Shown here piece by piece: positions 48,478-58,208 of a DNA stretch of 64,000 nt. The DNA lies in contig OZ287068.1 in assembly GCA_965645245.1 (NCBI GenBank), forward strand, positions 930,001-994,000, read 5' to 3'. Numbering within the stretch: position 1 is the stretch's first letter; every line of letters begins with the position of its first letter. A program made the translations under genes and the position numbers. The DNA comes from Massalongia carnosa (lineage: Eukaryota). The notes below the pieces were generated by a model. That model did no database searches and was not told the DNA's origin. It was given only the letters and a program-made list of their open reading frames with translations.

Positions 48478-50574
48478 ATGTCCCAAGCGCAGTATGGCCA
48501 GCCATGGCGTGGGCAGAGCTGGGACAGTTGGAGAGCTATTGTCACTAGACCTACTATAGCTACTTTGCGCGCTTTGGTCAACGATTATACTCCAGGGTCG
48601 GGGCCAGTAATTGGGGGGACACCAGTCAAACATAACATGGTTCAGTTGGCTATGCGAGCACTTGACGACCATACTCCCCTTCTCAACGATGAAGAAGTCA
48701 AGAAAGCTTTTGCTAGCGCGGGATCAGCACAACGCAGCTCTAATAGCGCAGTTTATTCTCCCGAACTCTCTACTACCACAAGGCAAGGCAACCCGGAATG
48801 GCCACAGCCTTCCCGCCCTTCCGCACCTTCAAGCACAGGGATCGAAGCTGTTCAGGTATCTGAGAAGTTTTTCAGTGGCGGGCCTATTCCTTCAATCTCA
48901 GACGCAATGTCAAAACAGCCAATCACCTCAGCCCAGCTTCACCTGACTTACCTATTCGAAGCTCGAAGAGCAATACGCCGCTTCCTAAATACCACATATC
49001 ACCAGAGCTGGCAGCTAGAGGAGAGCTGTCAGCCATATTTGCCAGACCGTCTTTACTGCGGAGGTCGCATTGTTAGCTCGATAGATATGCTGCAAAATCT
49101 GCTTGGAAAAGCCAGAGACCCGATGACTGTAACACCCAATGACAGCTCACTTCGCGCGCCACGAAAACCTTCGGTATTAGTAGCAGACCCTCAAATTACG
49201 TCGTTACAAGTTCGATTCTATTTAGGAAATCCTCGACACCAATATGCATTTTCAGAGCAGGGTCAGACGTTGCCTTTTCGAGGCAAGGGTCCTATATGGA
49301 GCAACAACTCCTGCGCCCTCGATTGCGCTATAGTAGCTTCACGCTTGTTAAATCTTGGGCTGACGGTTGCGGACAGGGGAAGCCAAATTAGATCGAAATG
49401 GGAGAGTGATTTGCCAAGAGTTGAGCGCTCTTTTCTAGGACTCTCAAGAATTCCATGGGAAAGATTTACCGACACGATAGGTATTCGAGCAAAATCGGCA
49501 TTTTTACGCACCTTCCTAGATGTTTACAATCGGCCGACCAACCCCAAACCTACAAAGCCTGGCGATTTTATGCCTGCAACTGGAATCTGGAGCCTTTCCA
49601 CTTCCAGCATGATGCAACTTAACTTTAACGTTCTTGCGCGTTCACTTTGTTCAAAATGCGGCAAAGGAGGCCCAGAGAGCACTAAATCTTCCGAAATCCA
49701 ACACGAAGTTTCCTTGCTTCATATGAATGATCGGACGAAACAAGAAATTGGAGAGAGTCCCACAATGTCACAGCTGCTAACTCAGTATTTTGGCAAAAAG
49801 ACGAAGGATTGTAGAGGTTGCAGCTCATCCGGAAAGCGATTAACGTGGAAGGCTATCCATGGTCACTTGCCTCCCCGTCTTGTTGTATTACCAGACGGCG
49901 GTTATAGAGATATCGCTGATGCCACTTCTTGTCGTATAGAATTCCAGTACGCAGGCCTAGACGGCGTTTGGAAAACCGCTCTCTATCGCTGGCTAGGAGG
50001 AATTTATCAAGCCGCAAATCATTTTCGTCTGTACTGGAATGATTGCGAGCCCAACGCTGAGAACGATACCCTGATTATATACGACGGTCTGCAGCTTGGC
50101 GGATCAATCGTTGGAGGGGTCACTCCAGTTGACCCGGATAGAAAGATTCCACCGTTTTGGTCAAACGGAACCGATATTCTCTTCTATGAGCGAATTGAAT
50201 CAAATCCAGCAGCCCTTAAACACGCCGCTGACGCCTTGAAGCGGGAAATTGACGGATTTCTTCTCAACCCTATCCCTCAGGCGGACCCTGCTTGGCCTGA
50301 TGGACCACAAGCGGGAAACCTTGTAAATAACCCAAAAGGCAGCGACGATCAATCACCGTCTGAGGTTCTTCGGGAAGGAGCTTCGAGCCACCAAGGAGTC
50401 GGTCATGGATATAAAGTCCCTGTCGCTCCGGTCGCGCCTATGGTCGCAATCTCCAAAGGGGAAGAACTCGGTAGTCAAGGGATCAAGCGCAAGCGGAGCG
50501 ACCAAAATGTTGGAACCAATCAGACTCCAAAGACGGAAGACACCAACGACCAATCTGTTCCCGGGGGGTATTAG
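48478..50574 (+). CDS. Divergent USP-fold (papain-like) cysteine protease; 5' exons probably lie upstream, from about 48068
   Basis: Cys box GPIWSNNSCALD, two CxxC pairs, LPPRLVV, YRWLGGIY...NHFRLYW, IIYDG in USP order within a 698-codon open frame. Confidence 0.65.
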   Translation: MSQAQYGQPWRGQSWDSWRAIVTRPTIATLRALVNDYTPGSGPVIGGTPVKHNMVQLAMRALDDHTPLLNDEEVKKAFASAGSAQRSSNSAVYSPELSTTTRQGNPEWPQPSRPSAPSSTGIEAVQVSEKFFSGGPIPSISDAMSKQPITSAQLHLTYLFEARRAIRRFLNTTYHQSWQLEESCQPYLPDRLYCGGRIVSSIDMLQNLLGKARDPMTVTPNDSSLRAPRKPSVLVADPQITSLQVRFYLGNPRHQYAFSEQGQTLPFRGKGPIWSNNSCALDCAIVASRLLNLGLTVADRGSQIRSKWESDLPRVERSFLGLSRIPWERFTDTIGIRAKSAFLRTFLDVYNRPTNPKPTKPGDFMPATGIWSLSTSSMMQLNFNVLARSLCSKCGKGGPESTKSSEIQHEVSLLHMNDRTKQEIGESPTMSQLLTQYFGKKTKDCRGCSSSGKRLTWKAIHGHLPPRLVVLPDGGYRDIADATSCRIEFQYAGLDGVWKTALYRWLGGIYQAANHFRLYWNDCEPNAENDTLIIYDGLQLGGSIVGGVTPVDPDRKIPPFWSNGTDILFYERIESNPAALKHAADALKREIDGFLLNPIPQADPAWPDGPQAGNLVNNPKGSDDQSPSEVLREGASSHQGVGHGYKVPVAPVAPMVAISKGEELGSQGIKRKRSDQNVGTNQTPKTEDTNDQSVPGGY

Positions 50575-51631
50575 AATAAGGCATTATACCTAGTTATTTC
50601 GTTTGTTTTTGGTATAGTAATTAAAAAATTATTGCGAGGTAAGGTGTAGGGCGTTCTAAGGGACACTGGGAAGAAGCTGGAGGCTGAGTCTTATCAGATC
50701 GCTTGATTGGTTAGACGGCCATGGAACGTCTTGTCATAGGTACAAATATAAGTTTCCTTGAAACAGATATCTTGATTTTCTCTTATCCTAAACGGGGAGC
50801 CCTGGCATGAACTTTCAGTTGTTGAGAAGACTTATTGAATGTGACGGAAGGAAAGGCGCCAAAGCAAAAATTCGTTGTGATTGTAAAGCTCATCATTTGC
50901 TTCAGATATAGAGTAAGTAAAGTTAACTGTAGGAGATTAAGAGAAGCAAGATACCAATAAGGGGGCAATGCGTGGAAATATCCCGATTCATATCTATACC
51001 TCTGGGTGTTGCAATATGAATGATCTGTTTCTCTCCCATTGGCTCTTCTGGAACGGTTTGCTACTTCGCGATTAATCTCTTCACTTCAATCACAGGCTAC
51101 TCTGTTGAGCATAGAAGGCTTGATCCTAAAACACATCCTTCTTAGTACGCATATCATGGGGGGCGGGGAAACATGTCCCACCAAATGTTGATGACTTTTG
51201 CCTCTTGTCACATTTGCGAAATATCTCCTAACAACCAATGCAGATGCACCGTGTGTACCTTAAGAAAGCTTGAGAAGCTGGATATGTAAGTCACACGAAT
51301 ATGCTGAGAAAGCTTTTGCATGACGGTCACTCGCTCCTCCAGTTTCTGCAAGATATTTGCAATTCACAGATATTTTGTAAGCTCATGAACACCAGCACTT
51401 AATGGTAGGATCCTAATGGTATACCACCTTTGGAATATCTGCCATACTGTACTGGCCCTCCCGCAAAAGGTGTATTTTATCCTTGGTTTCAAGGTTACCT
51501 TCTGACGTTTGCACCTCATTTGTGTTTGCTTGGATTTAAGCAATATTGAACAATTTAGTCTAACTGTGCCGACAGCAGCGGCGTTACAATCGAAAGCCAT
51601 CTAGAGTTGCGATAGAGATTACGCGGAAAAC

Positions 51632-54600
51632 ATGGCTTTCAGAACCCTTCCAACGGGTAAGCCGGTCTTCACCGAAATACCGCTCGAAACTCAAAAAAAC
51701 ATCATTCGCGAGGTGAGATTACGGCCCCTCTTAATCAATGAACTGTCTTAAGGACCATACATAGGTCGGTCGACATGACCTTCTCTCACTCCAACGGGTG
51801 TCACGGCATTTCTTTTCCCTGGCTAGCGAGGAAATTTATCGTGTGCTGGATTTTGAGTTTGCCTCCGATGTAGAAGCCGGCCCAGCGACCTCACGCGTTA
51901 CACACGCCCTTCAAACTATTGTACCGAGCGACCGAGGGTATGCTCTATATATTAGAAGCTTTCGCCTAGGGACAGGGCGAAACACTCGTGATAGCCTCTT
52001 AATGAGCCGCATCGTGTGGGCGTCGGTTGGAGATCCCAGCAAAGCTCTGAATACCCTCCTTCTCCTCATGATAAGAAAAGCAAGTATGATAGAAGCTTTT
52101 ATGTATGTCATACGCTAAAGCATAGATTCTGATGGCAAGGAGTTGAAGCGCTAATGTTTTGGTAGATGGGATACGCCAATTGAGCTCAGCGGTCCTGTTT
52201 ACCAAGCGCTTCATAATCTTCAGGGTCTGCGTCTTCTACGAATCAGGCTCGACCCTCCTTCAGCCATAAAAATAGCGGCCCGGCCTTCTTTTGCTGCCAC
52301 GGCTCAGTTGCCAAACAGCCATGCACCACCCTCGCAGCTTCCATTCACATACCCAGCTCCCCTGGGGGCACCCCCAACTCCAACGCCAGCTGCTTCCTTT
52401 GGTAGCTATTCGACCCCCAGGCTCAAGAAGAGCTCGAAGAAAAAGTGCAAAGGATACAACTTTTGGGCGAATGGTCGAGTGTTTTCCGGATTCAAAACCC
52501 TTCATAGCCTGGCCTTATTGAACATCTCTGATCTCGATTGTCTCGGAGAAATTTCCGCGTGCCTGAAAGCTTCATTGCCGTATCTAAAAATCTTAAAGTT
52601 ATCACTTGCCATGGACATCTCTGTGCTGGCACGCATCCCACCCCCATCTACTAGTAACGTTGTGGACGATGGTTCTGATACAGACCCTGATGGAGAAGAT
52701 GATGAGCTGATCACGGAATCCTCCCCGCATCCCAGCATCCTGGGACAACAAGTCAACGAAGCGGATATCCGGAAGGAGAAACTTGCTCAGGAAGGCATTC
52801 TTGCAAAAATATTCGATCTTCAAACGGTATCGGTTCAAGGAAATAGAGTGGAAACCCTGTTGGCTCGGCAATCCACAATTAGTGCAGCGAAGGTTGTTGA
52901 TGATGACAATTTGTCATTCATAAAAGACTTTAGGGGTATGCTCAGGATAATGCTTGATGCAGGAGGTTTGGATTTTGATAAGGATCATTTGCGGAGCGAA
53001 ACTCTGGACGCCATGAAAAAGGCTGCAGATAAATATCTTAGCAAGCATCATAAGAAACCAGCTAAGAAAGCCGCTAAGCAAACAATATCGACGAATTCTA
53101 AGGGTCAAAGCTCAGGCCTATCAGAGCTTTTGAATAACACAGCTGCCTATCAAAGCGACTCCTCGAAGCCATGGACAGAGAGCTACTCTCCTAGCAGCTT
53201 AACCCCTTCCGCCAAATCCAATATGGACATAAATGCAGCCACACATTCAACAGCTGGAAGTAGTTTTATATATTCAGCTCCATCCGTTTCAACATATATA
53301 CCAACGACCGCAGCCTTAGCAGTTTCGCCCATGCAGGTCTTTTCTAGCAAGGCTAGCAAGGCTAGCAAGCCTAGCAAGTCTACGACATTTGGAGGCCCCT
53401 CAAATCCCAAGCAACAGTCCCTCAAAAAGACGGGATATGGGTTTAAGGGTTCCGACAGTTTGATAAATTTCGATTTCGATTCGTTGCTCTCCGAGCATGA
53501 GGAGATGCTTAACAATGATAAATATACTTTTGAATCCGATCGCGGGTCTAGCTTTCCAACGTCGCCACTGTTTCCCGCTGTAGATTCAACACCCCAAGAC
53601 AGAGAGGATTCAATGGACGTTGATATGGATCACCCAGATGAAATCACACCCGAAGCTGAGTCTGATCAAGAGATGGCTGCGGAATCTGAGGCAATGCATC
53701 TAACTCCACGAAAGCGGGCTAGGTTCGCCAATCCTGAACCCTCTAGCCCTCAAAAATACCCAAGTGCAAGAGTAGATGGAAAAGCCTGCTCAGCTGATGC
53801 AGATAAAAATGCTTCCGGGAATCATTTTGACAACACTATAGGGAAGTCTTCCGAGGAGGAAATGCGGGATTACATCCGCGCAACCCATGGCTTACAGCTT
53901 GAAGAACTATCACTCTACTTGATCCCGTTGAAGGCATCAATCTTAGCAAGGGCTCTTGATTTAACAATACTTAAACGCTTAACCTTGTTGAGCGTTGGAC
54001 CTCAAGACGCTTTTTGGCTACTTCTAGTGAAACTACAAAATCACTCAACGCCGATTTCATTTGAAAGCATCTACACTGACAATGTTTCTCTTCAATTTCT
54101 CGAGTGCCTTACAACCTTTGAAGGTCTCAAAGAGCTGTTCTTATTGGAACGGAATAGGAAAACCCAGCCTGATACAGGTTCATCTAAAGCGATCATCAAC
54201 ATCAACGACATACGCAAGCTTGCCCTTCGTAAGCATATTCGAACGCTCAAGCGTCTGTGGATTAAAAATGAGAATAACGAGAGTTGGGACTTGAACACCC
54301 GTGCTATCCGACTATTGAGCAGTCATGGGGCCGGCCTGGTTGAACTGGGCATCAGCGTGAACATGCTGGGTTACGTAAGGAAAAATACTCCTTTATTTTG
54401 ATGCGTTCTGACTTGAGCAGCATCTGTTACTGCAAGTCCTACCTGGCTTTAAAAGCCTTCTTGCGTTGCAGCTTACAGCTTTACGATCCACCGATCGCTC
54501 ACCGTTCTCGCAGCTTGAAAGCCTCTCCTTTGCTGCGGATGCTGTAGCCCATCTGCCAGATATGAAGCTGGAGTACCTTTCCTGGGAGAATCATCTAGCC

Positions 54601-54870
54601 ATTATTAAACGTGTGCCGGATAATGTGAAGAGGGCTTTGGAAATCGTGAGACGGCTCCGAAAGCAGGGTTTTCACAAGGACAATGGCAAGGGGAAGGCGA
54701 AGGCCGTGGAAACCATTGAGGACGGGGATTCCTCAGATTCAGCTGAGATGGAAGATGGTGTGCCTCCATTTGAAACGTGGGAACTTGGCCTCAACTTCGT
54801 CCACGGCTACTATCAGGTGGAGGGTATTAAGATTTTTAGCCATGGGATTAGGTCCGGGACCCCGATCTGA
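51632..54870 (+). CDS. F-box-like protein with LRR/RNI-like C-terminal region, multi-exon
   Basis: N-terminal FTEIPLETQKNIIRE/VGRHDLLSLQRVSRHFFSLASEEIYR F-box pattern; repeated LxxLxL segments (LQLEELSL, LKRLTLL, LKELFLL, LKRLWI); GT-AG introns near 51713, 52103 and 54375. Confidence 0.75.
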
Positions 54871-55617
54871 AGTTTGAAAGTAACTCAAGGAAGGTGTGAA
54901 GAGCCAACGGGCTGTGAGAGTCTGATTTTAGAGACGTGAATTTGGTGTCAATGGGGCGCTTGCGATCGGATAACTTATACCCAACTAGGTGCTACGAGAC
55001 CATGACTACAGTACATTGACATGTATTATAATTTGCAATTTTGGCCTGAACGGGAATTGCTGCTCTCATCTAGCAGTTGGTAGTTGTACGTGAATTTTGG
55101 ACTGCTTGCGCATAATCCTTCTTTACAGCGTAAGAAGGTTTCTTACCTCCACATAAATAAGCAGCACTCAACCAACCTAGTGTTTTAGTTTAAAAAACAT
55201 TGTACCTCTATGTAACACTATGTTAAAAACTTCGAAGTCAGTTTGCACTCAGATCACCCGAATTTACCTTCTAAATGGTATGAGAGAAGTCAGTTGACGA
55301 GTGAGCAGATGAGATCAGTTTTATCATTAGAATCCTCTAATATTTGAGTCGTTTTGCCATAGTAAGTTTTATTTAGCGTGTTGGATATGACGAGTACGAG
55401 GTACTCGATTATTCATGCGCAAAGAGGAATTTTCGAACCGTTGTTAGTTAAGTAGCATCTTCAATATATCAAACTCAAGATTGTGATGAAAGGCAAATCA
55501 GGATAATTTGAGTGCAAAACTGTCTACCAAGTGACGAGTTAATGATCAATTAACTGGATATTTTTTTTGCGATGAAAAACAAAAACAACCTGCACCAAGC
55601 CAAAAAGCGCAAAATAA

Positions 55618-55721
55618 TTCCCAATCGGGGAATCGAACCCCGGCCATCCGCGAACTTGAGTGAAAGTTTTAACTAATACTTCAGTGAGAGGCGGATATCC
55701 TAACCACTAGACCAATTGGGA
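55618..55721 (-). tRNA. tRNA-Glu(CTC) with 32-nt intron (55653-55684)
   Basis: TCCCAATTGGTCTAGTGGTTAGGATATCCGCCTCTCA-[intron]-CGCGGATGGCCGGGGTTCGATTCCCCGATTGGGAA; 72 nt after removing an intron at canonical position 37/38. Confidence 0.95.
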
Positions 55722-55979
55722 TTATAATAGTTGAATGTAATATTTTATACTATATACTTCATTTTTCATATAGGAGGGGTTTTCGGAGTAGAATTTCGAC
55801 TTTTATAAATAAACCATTATTTCTTATTCTATAAACCATTATTCCCGTATTTGCCATTTTGCTCTGAGTCCCCCTATCACCTTAAATTTCAAAAAGATTA
55901 ATAAACTGCTTATCGCCTTATCTGATCATCATCAAAAATCAATCATCATGAAATTCTCTAAATCATCATCTTATCAAGC

Positions 55980-56269
55980 TGTTGAATATTCAACTCCTAC
56001 CAGTACAGTGAACACCTACCAGTTCAATGAACATAGCACCTACGACTGCCCAAGATGGACAGAGCACCTACAGAAACCGTAGATGCCGTATTAGGCTTAG
56101 CCTAGAGATTAGATAAGATCAGCTCAGATAATCTTATCACCTCGCTTAGCAGAGGGTGACCAGTTATGGGACAAAGACTGCTGAACAGCACTCTTCATCC
56201 TTAACATCACGGTCATACATACCATTTTTATCATAGCCATATAGCCATAGTCATATACCTATTTCAACA
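55980..56269 (+). repeat. 5' LTR (290 bp)
   Basis: TGTTGAA...TTCAACA; no differences from the 3' copy seen by eye. Confidence 0.97.
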
Positions 56270-56281
56270 GGTTATGAGCCC
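56270..56281 (+). promoter_or_regulatory. Primer-binding site complementary to the anticodon arm of initiator tRNA-Met (half-tRNA primer type)
   Basis: GGTTATGAGCCC directly after the 5' LTR, as in yeast Ty5 and similar to Drosophila copia. Confidence 0.85.
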
Positions 56282-56824
56282 GGAAGGGCGCTATCGATTC
56301 AGTCACGAATCGAATTGCTCATCCGCAGCACTACAGTGCATAATAGCTAAGCATCATCGTTTACAAAAAAAAAACCCCTTAGATGCAATACTAAAAAATT
56401 TCTTTGCGTACTTAGAATTTACCTCACCACGATTATCTATCGTGAACTACGCACACGCATCATTACACGAAATTCAAATGCACAATACCTACAAAGACCT
56501 TGGACACCAGACAGGCCGTTAGCCCAAAGGCCCAAGGCAATCTCAACAAACCTTTGAATAGCGTGTATGCCTGGAGATTAGAAGGAACGATGAACCTCTA
56601 AAGACCAAAGGATACCACTATGTCAACTAGGTTCAGGGAGCAGGAAGAGATACAGACCCATCTTGGAAAAGTAGTCCTTCCTTGCCAAAAGAGATTTCTT
56701 GAACGCCACAGAAGGGAAAACATGGGAGTAGTGAAAGTGGAAGAACCCTGTTTCATTTAACAGGCCCTGTGCCTGTTAAATGAAAACGGTATATCCCTGT
56801 TCAGACTCTGTTTTTCCTTGTCGT

Positions 56825-57074
56825 CAAGTGATAGATAAAAGTTCACTAGGATACAAGCCGATGATAGGTCAAAGTTCATCAGGTTACAATCAAGCCACCA
56901 AGTGATAGATAAAATTTCACTAGGATAGAAGCCGATGATAGATCAAAGTTCATCAGGTTACAATCAAGCCACCAAGTGATAGGTAAAAGTTCACTAGGAT
57001 ACAAGCCGATGATAGATCAAAGTTCATCAGACTACAATCAAGCCACCAAGTGTTAGACAAATTTTCACTAGGAT
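56825..57074 (+). repeat. 74-bp tandem repeat, about 3.4 copies, in the Copia 5' leader
   Basis: Units start at 56825, 56899, 56973 and 57047. Confidence 0.95.
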
Positions 57075-57266
57075 ATGGGCTTGGAGCAAATATTGCTAGG
57101 ACAATGAGGTGCATGATGATAAGTAAAAGGAATGCTGCTTGTTTTTCTCATAAGGAGAAGTCAACACATCATCCTCCTACTTTATCCCTCACACATTGTA
57201 TTATAGAACTCTAAGATATAAAAATCAAGTTCTTCATTCACAAGCTTTCTACTCTTCATTCACAAG

Positions 57267-58208
57267 ATGTCTAGTTCTACTCAAGACGTGATTCAGTTGT
57301 TAGAAAAAGCGGAAGATTATCCACAATGGGTTGTGCACACCGAGGGCATTCTGAAGCAAAAGAATTGTATCTTTGCTATTCAAGACAACATTGCCGCTAT
57401 CACGTATCAGACAGTCAAGCGCAAGTACTTGGAGATGGGCTTCACCGAGGCGAATCTCAAGGATGAACAAATCTTTACCAAAGTCGGAGCTGACGTTGAA
57501 AAGCAGAGCCTTCTCATGCTCAAGGCCGAAGGAATCATTCAAATGCGTGTCGCCCCACAGCATCACACTCTGATATCAACCCGCACAGCTGGCGATATGT
57601 GGAGAATCTTGAAGATCAAGTTTCAGGACATCGCACCCATGAGCATCACCGACATTCTCTACAACATGAACTCCAAGAAGATGACGAATTATGAGAATGT
57701 CACTCAATACTGCGCTGAGTATGAAAAAGCATTGAACTCCATAAAAGGCATGATAGATGAGGACTCGGAACTGAACGCAAAGGGAGCAGAACAAGTCCTT
57801 CAAGGATACTTGTTACGAAACGTCATCGAGGACTATCTACCCCTTATAGCTCAACTTCGTCGGGATTGGATTACTGGCAGATCGAACCTCACGACTGCAT
57901 GCAGATCAATCACCGCTTACTCCATCAGCAGGCCAGAGAGGAAGGCACTCCACATCAATGCTTCCAGAACTGGCGTTGCCGGAAACAACGGAAAAGCACC
58001 ACCAGGAACTTGCACCTTTCCAGAATGTGTCCGAAGAGGGCGGACTTCCCACTTACTAGAGAAATGCTTTCAGAAATACCCAAATCTGAGACGTCAAACA
58101 TACCCCTTGGAGTCTATGAAGACAAGAGGAACAAGGACCTCTGATTCCAAAACGGAAACGGTCCCGACATCCACCGTATCAACAGACCTACCAACTGTGA
58201 GCAGTTGA
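57267..58208 (+). CDS. gag: Copia Gag
   Basis: L...EDYPQW N-terminal motif, TAGDMWRILKIKF capsid motif, C-terminal C-C-H-C knuckle; ends in TGA, in frame with pol. Confidence 0.9.
   Translation: MSSSTQDVIQLLEKAEDYPQWVVHTEGILKQKNCIFAIQDNIAAITYQTVKRKYLEMGFTEANLKDEQIFTKVGADVEKQSLLMLKAEGIIQMRVAPQHHTLISTRTAGDMWRILKIKFQDIAPMSITDILYNMNSKKMTNYENVTQYCAEYEKALNSIKGMIDEDSELNAKGAEQVLQGYLLRNVIEDYLPLIAQLRRDWITGRSNLTTACRSITAYSISRPERKALHINASRTGVAGNNGKAPPGTCTFPECVRRGRTSHLLEKCFQKYPNLRRQTYPLESMKTRGTRTSDSKTETVPTSTVSTDLPTVSS

Noticed and set aside
1912..54870. Window-wide ubiquitin-pathway cluster (But2, E2, USP-like, F-box)
   Set aside because: Genes are scattered over 50 kb among unrelated housekeeping genes; such families are common, so no support for a cluster.
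56825..57074. Regularly spaced palindromic repeats resembling a CRISPR array
   Set aside because: Eukaryotic retrotransposon leader; intervening sequences are repeated, not unique spacers; no cas genes.
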